From Dipteris shenzhenensis (Eukaryota): a DNA stretch of 64,000 bases. The notes beneath the pieces were generated by a model. That model ran no database searches and was not told where the DNA came from. It saw only the letters and a program-made list of their open reading frames with translations. Positions 14,031 to 25,932 of this stretch are shown in pieces (positions within the stretch are counted from its first letter, which is position 1; every line of letters starts with the position of its first letter). The DNA is taken from assembly GCA_047967505.1 (NCBI GenBank), contig CM106538.1; one strand, given 5' to 3'. The position numbers and the translations under genes are program-made.

Positions 14031-14659
14031 CTGTTCATCCTATGAAAGATGTGGGATAGAGCTTACATTTCATGCTGTTGCCGAGGAGACTAGCATCTTT
14101 AGTAAAAAGTAGACATTAGCAAGTATGTTTGAAAAACAAACCACCACGAACAATCATGGAGATATCACTCAAGGGTTAGGAAAGTAAAACAAATTTCCAA
14201 CTCTTGCCAAAATTAAGAATCCCAAGCAAAAAGCTTTGGCTACTAGCTTAATAAATTTTATATCTCTTAAGCAACACCACTAAAAGAAAAAATCAAACAA
14301 TCTAATAGAGACCAATGTGTAGAGCTCAAAAGTTTGAACGTTTCTCCTTTTTATAGAAAAGCGATTTGAGATGACCATGGAAAGTTATGGGCATGGGAAA
14401 GTTGTAGGGTTTAACTTTAACCTTAAACCCCTCCCACCTCCATTCTTATAAAAGTCCTCCCCACCCCCTCATTCTTCTTCTTCCACATCTAGTCTCCATC
14501 CTCTTCCAAATTATGAGCCCTATGCAAGACCCTATCCTTTCTCCATCGAATGCCGTCCTCATCGTCAAGTTTTCTTTGATCCCTTCTGGGGCTGCGATGA
14601 CCTAGCCATCCACCCATTGTCCATTTGTTGGGAGTTGTGTGATCAAGGGCTTGCTTTAT

Positions 14660-14930
14660 GATCATGTGTGTGTGTGTGTGTGACTAAGTGCTATGATGTG
14701 TCTAGACCATGACATAAGTGATGATGTAATGCAAAGGCCCCCACTTGGGGAGATGCCTTAGATTTAGGAGTCCTATGATGTAGGAGAGGTGCCTATTAGC
14801 TTCTCTCCCACTCTATAAAAGAGAGGATTTCCTCTCAATCTAATGGAGCATTTTCCCCTTTGGTTCCTACACTCTCTTCCATGATGTCCTCCTTCTCTCT
14901 CACTCCCCAACATGTGGTATCAAAGCAAGT
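14660..14930 (+). mobile_element. LTR remnant with Met-tRNA primer-binding site
   Basis: TATAAAA at ~14814, a CT-rich U5-like stretch ending CA, then TGGTATCAAAGC at ~14915. Confidence 0.55.
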
Positions 14931-16026
14931 TCACCCTCCATGAGCCTAGCCTATCCCCTAGCAACCTACATTCCAAGATTCTTTCATCTTCTTCTCACCT
15001 ATTTCTCATCTTTCCACTTTGCCCTCTTTTGAGCTGATTCTTAGAGGATACAATTCACACCATCCGCTTCACCATTTCTCAAGCCTCTTCCCCACTCCAA
15101 GGCACGTGTCCTCATTGGAGGGATTGATGAAATTGTTCCAAGTACACATTCGCCATTTTTCTTCCTAGCATGCCGCTTCAAAATTTGGGTCATGTGCTTA
15201 ACCATTCCCAAATCTCTCATAGACCAAGCTAGGCAATGCTAAGACCTATCTATTGATGTATTTTGAGCTTGAATTGATCAATATCTGAGGAGCAATTAGC
15301 AAAAATATAGTCAAAGTAGGCGCATTGCTCCATGGCAACACAACATGACATTTTGCAATTCCTTTTGTGGGGATGCTCTCTGGTATACAAGCTTCATTTT
15401 TGTAAAGAAAAACCTCTTGGAACTACTTCCTTCAACTCAAATTTCAGCCTCCACCTTCTGATTTTTTGATTTGGGTGAAATAGTCAAAATCTTGTCAAAG
15501 TTTGACCAGTCAAAAATTTTGTTCTATACTTGTTTTAGTTGGCTGCACTAATAGATCTCTATTTGACTAAGTAGTGACTCCAAAATAGACTCCATAAGTG
15601 TCATGGTACTTGTCATTTATGGTGATGATGTTTACATTGTCTATGTGTGAGTGCCATTTGTGAAGGGATAGTCATTATTTTTTAGATTGGTGATTTGTGT
15701 TGAGAGATACTAGTTGTAAGAGTATATACATTGCCACATACCAATGGTAAGACCTACTCTAATGGATGCATCAAGTCATGTGAAAGAAGTGTGTAAGGAC
15801 CAACAAGAAGATCATACCAAGATGGATTTCACTTCACATTTTGCCAAGAAACCATGGATAAAAGTAAAGCACTATCAATCATTGGTATTCTACAAGCAAT
15901 ACAACACTCAATCTAAGGCAAGGATGAAGGACTTAAGCTTCAAGCTCGGGGGCTTTACCTCATAAAATTTTAGTGTACCATTAAGCTTCAAGCTCGGGGG
16001 CTTTACCTCATAAAATTTTAGTGTAC

Positions 16027-16205
16027 CACGTGCATTCAAAAGGAGGGGTATTTTAATTTAACTTTTTGGAAAATTTAGCAGGTTTACAATAATAGGAGGG
16101 GTTCTTTAATTCAAAAATCACTTAGTTCATAAGTAAAGAGGGGTGTTTTTATTGGGGGAAGTTTTTTAGTTAAGGGGTTTTTAAAATACCCCTTGAACAC
16201 ACGTG
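16027..16205. mobile_element. MITE-like element (~180 bp) with imperfect TIRs
   Basis: The left end CACGTGCATTCAAAAGGAGGGGTATTTTAA matches the reverse complement of the right end, CACGTGTGTTCAAGGGGTATTTTAA. Confidence 0.55.
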
Positions 16206-17399
16206 ATATATAGGGTTTCTAAGTAGTGCACTCCTCGAGGCTTCAAGTATGAGTATGCATAGAAGAAATCAGCAAAAAAAGTCACAAACTTTGTGGTAGA
16301 AGAAAATAAAGACTTAATCTTTTGAGCTTTTATCATCACTTGGTCATGTAGCAATTTGAGGTTCTCTACCTAGAGTAGTACTCCAAAAAAGACGTTATGT
16401 GTTTTGTCTTTTGTAAATCACCTTTGGTCACCATATGATGTAGGCCATGTGATATGTGTTTGCCTCCATGGTACCTCTTGCAAACATGAGAAACTAGGTC
16501 CACACAAAGGCCTAAGATTAATCCTTGTACATGCAAGGGAAATAACCATTTGGGGGGGGGGGTCTATCCCATTTTGTAAACCTTAACCCTTGGGGGGTTT
16601 TGACATTTTGTGAGTTTATTTTCTACGAGTTTCACGAGTTTCATGAGTTTTTCAACAAAATACAACCACAATCAACATAGCTAGTGGCTATCTATGTGTA
16701 ACATGCAATCCCAAAACAAATATCTACTTCCCATGCAATCATCTCACCAAATTGCAAAAACCTATTTCAAATGAATAGCTAAGAGCATAAATTTTCTCCC
16801 AGGAAATCCAATTATTGGCATCTCGATGAACCATAACACAATGATGTATCCCAAAAAACAATGCCATAAGATCATCTAAATTTTATACTAGAGAAAAAAA
16901 CAAAAGCCCTAACTTAGCCAACCTAATCCATATATTCAGTGACTTGCTACTAGTGTGAAGCTAATTAATGAAATCCCATAAATGAGTGCTATGCACTCCA
17001 AAATCTAATTCCAAAATAGCATGTCTCTACAAGTAAGACATAAAATGAAATGAAACATAGACATGTTACATCTCTAGAGTAATGTCATGCACAATATGCA
17101 ACAAATACGATGCAAGTCCTTGGAGCAAGAGAAAAAAGGGTTGAGAAAGAGGTGGCTAGGGATATAATATTCAATAGCATAATATCTGTGGGTGACAATG
17201 CCACAAAGTTGATGGACAATGGCTATCACATTTGGAGCCCTTGAATAATCAAAGTAGGTATGTGGGTCTTTCATCTCCTTGCAACATTTCATTATCTTGA
17301 TAGCAATTTTCTTTGACATGTAGATTTCAGACATGGATAGAGACATTCTTCAAATCTAGCTGACTCTATTTTGAAGCTAAAAGAAAAGTGTCAATATGG

Positions 17400-19100
17400 A
17401 TACTTCCATGCTTCCCTATTTCTTGGGCAGCTAATGGATATTGCCAATGAGAGATGTATTTTTAAAATGTCTTTGGGTGTAAATTTGGTGAGGAGGATGC
17501 AAAAAGAAGGGGATTTGCAACATTCATGGGTGTGCTTTGATCATGTGTGAAGGGTGCATGGTTGGTCTTCTACAATGGCAGCACATGTGTATGACCCAAG
17601 GTATACAAAAACACCCTTCTTTCATTTGAATATTAACTATTTACTTCTTATTGCTACATTATTCAAAGTGTACAAATAGTAGCCATTTGTGAAATGAAAG
17701 TAGGAATGCAATAGTATAAACAAAATTTTTAGGAGACATTAAATCTTGTGATAAGCAATCAGTGTGTGATGGATGTTTAGTTCCATGGCTTCATGGAAGA
17801 TGAGGCCATGGCAAATTGGAATGCAATATGGCAAGTTAATGGAAAAGATCAATCTCCACCACTGGTGGGTAGGGAAATAAGCTGCTTGTTTCATTTTAAA
17901 AAGGTACTTTGATAAAGCATACCAAACAATGTATACAAAGATAGGCATATAGAACTATGTTTCTGGAAGGGGGGATAAAATTGGAGCAGTAGAGTCTTTT
18001 AATGCATGTTGGCAATTGCACCAAAGCATGGAGAAATGAAGAACATGAAAAAGATGCAAATGCAAAATATAATATTATCAAATCCTTCTGGCAAAGTGGT
18101 GGCGCATACCCCCAACAATTGCCTACCTTGGATAGCTGGCTATCATGGTGGCATGTGAGATATTCTCATTAGGGATTATACTTGAATGCTATCAGTATCA
18201 ACTCAAGCACTACACATATTGAAGCTTAGCTGGGTTTGAAATTAGTTACCATGCAAATTTTTCTTTGACCAAACATGGGAATTTATTTTTGCTTATAGGC
18301 CCTGGGAGAAGAAGAGCATGCAAACATGCCTACTATAAACATGTCTGAATCCAAACATGGGAGTTGGTTGGCTATTGTGTCAAACCATGCTTAGATAGCA
18401 CTATACAAAGCTTGTGTTGGTGAGATCATTGGTTCAATTCTACAAAGTTCCCATTATGCATCTTACATAAAGGGTAGGCATATTGGGATGGGACTAAGCT
18501 TGCAAAAACTTGTAAGGTGAGTTGTCTCTAAAAAACCTAAAGCAATTATAGAACAAAGATCAATTTTGTAAATATTGTTCATGATGTTGTTGACAAAGCT
18601 TTCTTCGGTGCCAAAACAAAAGGACTTGGATGAGGATGAAATCACAATAGGGAGAAAAGGACCAATGAAAGATTGCCTTAAGGCTTCTCCAAACATGTCA
18701 CACAAACCAGACTTTGAGTATGTAAACATGAAAAGGACACTAGAATTGGACATTGGCATACTCGGAGATCTGCAATGCCAAGGAATCATGTCTAGTTGGT
18801 ATAGTCTATGGTGAAAAATAAGATTCACAAAACATTTTAGGAAATTAGGTACATTCCTAGTGGTAGTAAAGTCATATGCATGGGCATAAGCAGTGGCAAG
18901 AAAAAAATTGGGAAGGCTGTCACCTTGGGTAAGGTAATGGAGAACATTAAGGCCCCAGGATTCTTTGGAAGGTGGGATTATAGTGGAGGGTGAGACAATG
19001 CAATTCATGTGGTTTTGTCTTGACGATGTGACTCATATGTGGCATCTAAACAAGAACATTGTGAATCCACCCATAGTGCCACTACAACAATGGCCAGTTG
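17400..19100 (+). pseudogene. Mutator-like (MULE) transposase pseudogene
   Basis: Fragmented frames give FKMSLGVNLVRRMQKEGDLQHSWVCFDHV*RV (first D), FHGFMEDEAMANWNAI (second D), SCLFH (CxxH) and MPTINMSESKHGSW (E region), in MULE DDE order. Confidence 0.7.
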
Positions 19101-19159
19101 ACAATGTGTTGGCTCTTTCCCACGGCTTCCGCAGGAAGAGTAGGGTCATCTTAGTATGC

Positions 19160-19560
19160 AGGGTTCCGGGGCTTTTTGTCACCTACAGATATATTGGGGT
19201 TGTCGTTTGTAGTATACGTGTAGCTTAGGACCTCGAATCGTGTTCCGGTGAGAGACGTAGGCTTAAGTGTGGTAAGTAAACAAAGTGCATGCATGTGTAA
19301 AAGGAACGTGTATCATCATGATTGAGGTAATGAAGGCTTTTGCCTTCATTGGGGGTTGCAGGGTTTAGAAGGACTTTAAGGGTTAGAAGGAGGTTCCAAG
19401 GTTAGAAGGAAGTTCCAGGGTTTAGAAGGAGGTTCCAGGGTTTAGAGAGAGGTCCCAGAGTTTAGAAGAGGTTCTAGGGTTAGAAGGAGGTTCCAAGGTT
19501 TTGAAGGAGGTTCCAGGATTTAGAGAGAGGTTCCAAAGTTTAGAAGAGGTTCCAGGGTCG
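19160..19560 (-). repeat. Second, inverted copy of the 13685-14030 repeat, including a ~20-bp TTAGAAGGAGGTTCCAGGG tandem array
   Basis: Reverse-complement match to 13685-14030. The tandem array is visible at 19360-19558. Confidence 0.85.
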
Positions 19561-20056
19561 GCATTTATATTATTGGTACTTATATTCTCGACGCACGATG
19601 AAGGGCCCATTCCCTCGGATTATAACTCTTTGGGGAAGGAAGCGCGCTGCCTCCCCGCCCACACTATGTGTGGTTATAATAATTATATATTATATATTAT
19701 ATATTATCATACAAATATTTTGAATTAATGGTCCATTCAAAATTGCTTCTTTTCAATCTGAATTCTTACAACATTCCTCTCTTTTGATGCATGTTTTCGA
19801 TGTGAGGGACCAAGGACATCCAAGCTAGATGCAAGATTGAAAGATATGGACGCTTTATTCATATGATTCTAGTCCATGTGACAATATTACAATGAGGATC
19901 AGTTATGAGCTCTTGTGAGTTGCCTTATTCATGTATTTGTTGGGCTTCAACTCCCAAGATGGACAAACAATATGGCCAAGTCAATAAAAAATCACCACCC
20001 CTGACATTTGCAGGGAGCATCGGGTCCTAACAGACCCTGCGTCATGCCTCAACAAA

Positions 20057-20811
20057 GTGTTATTGATAGTACACAGTGATGTATGTGGCCCCATGACTAT
20101 ACCCGTGCATAGAGGAGCAAGGTACTTTGTGACCTTTATAGATGACTTCTCCAGGTTCACATGGCTTTTTCTCATGAAGGAAAAATCTGAGGTGTTCTAT
20201 TGGTTTCAAGAGTTCAAAGCTATGGTTGAGAACCAAACCAATTCTAGAATTAGAACACTCAACTCAGATAGAGGGGGAGAGTACTTGTCACATGCATTCC
20301 AAGCAACATGGGATTAAACATCACTTGACATGCCCTTACACACCATAGCATAATCCACTCTCTAAGAGGAAGAATTGTACTCTCATGGAGATGACGAGAT
20401 GCATGCAGAAATTCAAGAGAGTCTCAAAGGCTTTTTGGGGAGAAGCAGTTGTGCACAGCCACTTACATTCAGAACAAATGTCCTACCAAAGCTTTGGTTA
20501 ATGTGACTCCATTTGAGGCTTTGTATGGATTTAAGCCAAAGGTTAGTCATTTCAGAGTTTTTGGCTCAGTGGCATATGCTTTGGTTCCAGATGCACATCG
20601 AATAAAGCTTGATGACAAGAGTGTCAAATGCATTTTCGTGGGATATAGCACTAAAGGCAAGGGATTTAGGCTTTATAATCCCGCTACCAGGAAGGTAATA
20701 ATCAGCAGAGATGTTCTCTTTGCTGAGAATGAGTGCATGCAGCCTGCTAGTGCAGACTTGCCACCATATGATGGCACCCCTTTGGCTCTGGTTTTCCCCA
20801 AAGTAGGCTGA
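20057..20811 (+). mobile_element. Ty1/Copia integrase fragment
   Basis: VHSDVCGPM, YFVTFIDDFSRFTW, LNSDRGGEY and KLDDKSVKCIFVGYS motifs, with stops and frameshifts. Confidence 0.9.
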
Positions 20812-22154
20812 TCCTTAGCATCTTTAATGGTCAACCTTGCCCAACGTGGAATAGATTTCTCTGTTGTATCACTCGGAGCTGCATCAACATCTTTAGTGGC
20901 CTCATGACATTGATAATGCCTCCAAACATGAGGCTATCTATTCTCATTAATTGGCTGCAAATCTGAAACATTTAAGGGAGAGCCATCCTCAACATGTGGC
21001 AAGCCATCTGAAGTATGAGAAGTAGAAGGGGAAGCATCAAGAGACTTCATCTCATCATCCTCAAACTGGATGACCATATCATCGTAGCAAGGGGTGAGGA
21101 GGCATCACGGTAAGTTCATGACTAGCAAAGAAGGCTATGATGAAAATCAAGCTATCACAGCAACGTAGATGCAACCTAGATGGCCGCGTTAGCCAGCAAT
21201 CACATAGACCAGCATGAAGAGAAAATAGGAAGGAGTCGACCACCCATGAACCCAGCACATACTCATATACCTGCACAAGTGATAGGAACAATGGTCAATC
21301 TTCATGCCTTTGTTACTAGTGCAGTAAGAATGGATTGCAATGAGCCTGAGTGATACAGGACCATGGCAATGAATTCATATGAAAATCAAGACCCAAGGCC
21401 AGGAAGTTCGTAAGCCCTGCTAGCACGTTATCACACCACGCCAACCAAGTACTCCATTCAACCAAACCAAAGGCGTAGAATTGTAAGCAAGAGAATGATA
21501 AATGCAAGCACACAAGGGAATAGTACAGGGAGCACTAAGGCTTCGTGCGCATGAGCACCAAATGCGCAGTTGTGAGATGGTCATCATTTTGTTCACATTA
21601 TTTAATCACTCAGCCTGCTGGTTTGGGTATTTAACCAACACTGGAGTACATTGCGTGTGTGACTTTCATCAGTTCGCGTATCAATGTATGTACTAATTTG
21701 GGAGCATTGCAGGCATTTCAAAGCAATGCAGTGCCAGGCAGCTTCTTTTTATTAGCTGATGAGGAAATCTTGCTCTGGTGCGAGAAACGGGACGCTCAAA
21801 AAATTTGAATACCAGAGGTGCTTCAAGTTCATCTCGATTTCTATGTGAGCACCATCATCTGTGCATTTTCAGCACCGCGTGCACTAAGAGGCCATCCCCA
21901 TGCACCATCTACATTAGCGTGGGTGGTCCCCATGCGTTGTCGATAGGGTAGATGCACCAGCCAATGACGATGGGGTAGGGGGTGGGTAGGAGTACCCCCA
22001 GACCTCCCATTCAAAGACAGTGTCAATGTGGCAACAAGTTGTCGCTATCGCGCTATCAGGAGACTCCAGATGCATGGTGACCATCGCCGCCTTCTGCTCG
22101 TCAATGGGCTTCATTGCATGGCAACGAGAGCCACAAGCTCCTTGCCATGCATGA

Positions 22155-22400
22155 ATGCAAAGGTGGAGGGAAGGCTTCCCTCCTGCCACCTCGTCTCCAT
22201 TCCTCACCTCCCTCCTCGCCAGTCCAAGCTCGAGGACGACGTTCATGCAAAGGTGGAGGGAAAGCTTCCCTCCCATCACCCTGTCTCCATTCCTCGCCTC
22301 CCTCCTTGCCAGTCCAAGCTTGAAGATGACGTTCATGCAAAGGTGGAGGGAAAGTTTCCCTCCTATCACCTCGTCCCTCCTCGCAGTCCAAGCTCGATGA
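22155..22400. repeat. 90-bp tandem repeat, ~2.7 copies
   Basis: ATGCAAAGGTGGAGGGAA starts at 22155, 22245 and 22335. Confidence 0.9.
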
Positions 22401-23195
22401 CGATGCCATGTCCAGCTCCACACCCATGATGGTCGACCTGAATGAGTACTATGACAGCTGTGATGCGGAGGAGGAGAGTTTGTGCCCAGCACCATTAGGG
22501 GAGAATTGGGGTCTCAAAAGGGCCTCATAAGGAATGGATTAGGGAATGCGTAGTGGGCTAATGCAAGGGGCTTGGAGGGTCCCAAAGAGGCCTAACCAGC
22601 CCAACCTAGGTGGGTTAAGCCCACATTTGAGCCCACCTCTCCCCCCATCAATGAGGGGAGGGGGCCACTTTTTGAAATTTGAATTTTTTGAATCTCCCTC
22701 CCTCCCTCCCTCCCTCTCTCTCTCTCTCTCCCTCCCTCCCTCTCTCTCCCTCCCTCCCTACCTCCCTCCCTCCTCCTCCTCCCTCTCCCTCTCCCTCTCC
22801 CTCCCTCCCCCTCCCTCCTCCTCTCCCCTCCTCCATCTTGCTCCTCCTCCTCCCTCCTCCCTCTCCCCTCCTCCTCCTTCTGGCTCCTCCTCCCTCCTTC
22901 CTCTCCCCTCCTTCTCTAGTTGCCCAGGATCCCTCTCCTCTGCTCCTCTCTCCTGTAGAATCTCTCCCCTCCTCCTCCCTCCTGTAGCATCTCTCCCCTC
23001 CTCCTCGCTTCTAACAGTAGCTCCTTCCCTCCCTTCTACACCTGTTGCCCTACTCTTCTCCTCCTCTTCCTCTTGCCCTCATCTGCTTCTCCTCCTCCCT
23101 CTTCCTTGCTACTCTCTCTCCCTTTCATTGCTCCATCTTTACCAGCTCTCCCCTACATTTTAGCCTGCATCACTGATACCTCTCTTTGAGTACTC

Positions 23196-25606
23196 ATGGC
23201 ACCATTCAAGGACATATCCAACAAGTACCATGTGAACCTACAACTGGAGGCAGAATATGCAAGCACACGCTCTTTTGGATATAGTGGAACTCCTCAAAGT
23301 GTGCTCCACAGTCTTCGATTGCAAGGGAAGAAGCATCTTGACCTTTGGGTGGATGGAAACTTGTATCCTTTAGACCCTGCCACACAAAAGAGTCCTCCTT
23401 TTCATACAGTGCATAATGTTGTTCGGTTTGTTGGCAAAGGACATGTTGGATTACTCGATTATTACAATCGATTGAACCATTCTCAGACATTGGCTATGCA
23501 AGCAAGCGAGGTGCAGAGAGCCCAAGTAGAAGAACTTGCACATTTGGGAAATATCACTATTGTGGCAATGCATAATAGTATGCAGGATCTCCAATTGCAA
23601 AACAAAGAACTCAGTGACAAAGCACATGCACTAGACTTGGAGCGACATGAATTGGAAGAATCAATCCAGAAGCTTGCTGAAAGCAAACAAGATTTGGAAA
23701 GGTCTATCTATGGCCAAGTTCAACGTGCTATGGAGAAGGAACGAGAGAAGTTGATAGAACGAGTACAAAAGTTGAAGGGAACACCTTTGGGACTGAAGGA
23801 GAGGAAAAGACAATTGCAATCTATGGATGCATTGTCAACCAATAGTGGTGCCCGAAAGAGGAGAATACGGGCTACAAGGTTAGTTCCCCAAATTTTCAAT
23901 GAAATTTCTTACCCCAAAATATTTGTGGTGTTGCATTCTTTCCACTAAGACTCATTTGTACTCTACTTTAGGAATTTCATGGAGGATGTGATGGGAACAA
24001 TGGAAATGGATGATAGTGATCCTTCATATGTTCTAAGAAGTTTAATAAAGCCAAGTGATGTCATGGAAGTGTTGAAGGACCCTAGACAAAAAGGGCTATG
24101 TAAACAAGTTGCTAGAGAGGTAATGAAGGATTTCAAGGGCCCCGTCCAAGCAAAGGAGGTGCTTGGAGCTTGTGATGCTACTGGTGTAAGTCGTGAAGCT
24201 TACAACTCTGATTTTAAAATTTTCAAGTCTACTATGGAGGAAAAGTATAAGATATCTACAATGCCATTGCCAATACCGTGGTCTATAAGGCTTGCACACA
24301 TCAAGAAACAAACCAATGTGCTAGAGAAAAGCTTGGAGGATACCATTGTGTAAGTGGCACAATGACTTGGAAGAGTAAAAAGAAATCTGGCATCCAAATG
24401 TTTGAGATGAATGCTTTCAATAATGTTACGTGGATGTAGAGAATTTGCAGAGAGCCATGGTCAAATTCTATGGGATGAGACAAGAAGGTAAGAGAAATTC
24501 CCTCTTCACATTCAACTTTATTTCTTTTGATTTCTATATCCTTACTGAATTTCTCTTTTATTGTACAGATGGCAAGCTAGTATTTGTTATAAAAATGGAT
24601 GAAGCTCAGTTGGAAAAAGAGCATAAGCTAGAGAGGGTGAGCATTTGTATTATGAATGACGCCTTGCGTTTTGCTCAAGGGGATGAGGAAGTTGAGCAGG
24701 GTTTCTCAGTCCAATCTGAGGAAGACATATGGTGGCTTGCAGCCTTTGAGACCCCAAAGGAGTGCCATGAGACATTAAAGTGGGTTTTGGAGAGAACCAG
24801 CATCCCGTCGATTATTTGAAGACAAGAGGCAAGGCAAACATTAATTGTGGATGGACATGGAACGCTTCAAGTTGAATGGCATCTAGCAGGTGATTTGAAG
24901 ACCCTCAAGTGCTTGTATGGTTATGATATAGGTGCAGATGCAAAATGGACATGCTTGTATTGCACCCACTCTCAGAAGATGCAAAAGGGAAGCCTACAGT
25001 GGGAAAATGGCATCCTTTCTTGCAACCAAAGTGCAGCCCCTGATCGTCACAAAAAGGATCCTAAGTGGGACACCATTCTACCAATTCCATTGGCGCAGGT
25101 ACACGTGTGTACTTTGTATGCTGAACTGCGTATACTTGATAAGTTACTCTATCTCCATCTAGTTTATGCTTGGAATTTGAGGCCACATCAAGTATCTGCA
25201 CAATGCATTGCAAAAGCTGAAGAACTACTCTCACTAATTTTGTGCTTTAAACTTGAGTCAGTTTATGTTTCTAATACAATGTTTTTCTTTACAACATATT
25301 CTTTACGCACATGCACCATGGTTTGTGGAGCAATGGGGCCCTCTATCCATTTGGAATACTCAAGGAGCAAAGGCAGCATACTTCAAGAATACAAGGCATG
25401 GGGGTGATATCGCATGAAGCAATGCACTACACAAAATGTTCGATTGGTTTTATAGATGTCTAGAGGCCAGGACTCTCAAGCGCGATAAGGTAGAGGTCTC
25501 AAGTCTTGCAAATGCAGTTCAACATGTCAAGAAGACAAGGAGATGTGCTGCTTGGAAGTCCTCAATAGGGAGCCAAGGGAGGGGTTGTGCTTTGGTTGCA
25601 ATGTAG
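23196..25606 (+). pseudogene. Spliced DDE transposase pseudogene with RAG1/Transib/Chapaev-type core and N-terminal coiled coil
   Basis: Introns 23879-23971 and 24488-24568 (GT-AG, phase-consistent). Motifs in order: VFVIKMDE (D1), EWHLAGDLKTLKCLYG (D2), WTCLYC (CxxC), VCTLYAELRILDKL (LH-type motif), HILYAH (HxxxxH), SIWNTQG then AKAAYFKNTRHGG. The expected catalytic Glu after QG is absent. Contains stops, frameshifts and an apparent internal deletion near 25235. Confidence 0.78.
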
Positions 25607-25844
25607 AGTCAGACAGGGGAGGCGTTGGGTCCTAAGAGAGCCCCAAATGTAAAATGTTTGATGAATAAAGTTAACACTATTTTGAGTCAATTATAGATTC
25701 CAAAATTCACAAATTTGTTTGGAAATTCCAAAATTGCATGTGCGACATGGCAGGGCAGAGGGGTGAGTGGGTTGGGAGGGAGGGTGGTGAAGATTAAGTA
25801 TTACTGAATTGGCGACAAAAGACTAGGGGGGGAGGAGGTGCACT

Positions 25845-25925
25845 CAAAAAACCCTAATTTAAAAGAAACACCCTAAAGTGCTTTAAAAAAGACTATATAA
25901 AGCACTTCAAAACCCTAAAATCCCT
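25845..25925 (+). promoter_or_regulatory. Putative promoter of the H3-like gene: telo-box-like AAACCCTAA motifs and a TATA box
   Basis: AAACCCTAA at ~25849 and ~25910, ACCCTAAA at ~25870, and TATATAAA at ~25894, just upstream of ATG 25933. Confidence 0.45.
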
Positions 25926-25932
25926 CATTTCT

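Noticed and set aside
22546-23163. Pro/Ser/Leu-rich 205-aa ORF (extensin-like)
   Set aside because: Artefact of a CT low-complexity tract.
25845-25925. Interstitial telomere
   Set aside because: Only isolated AAACCCTA motifs, not a tandem TTTAGGG array.
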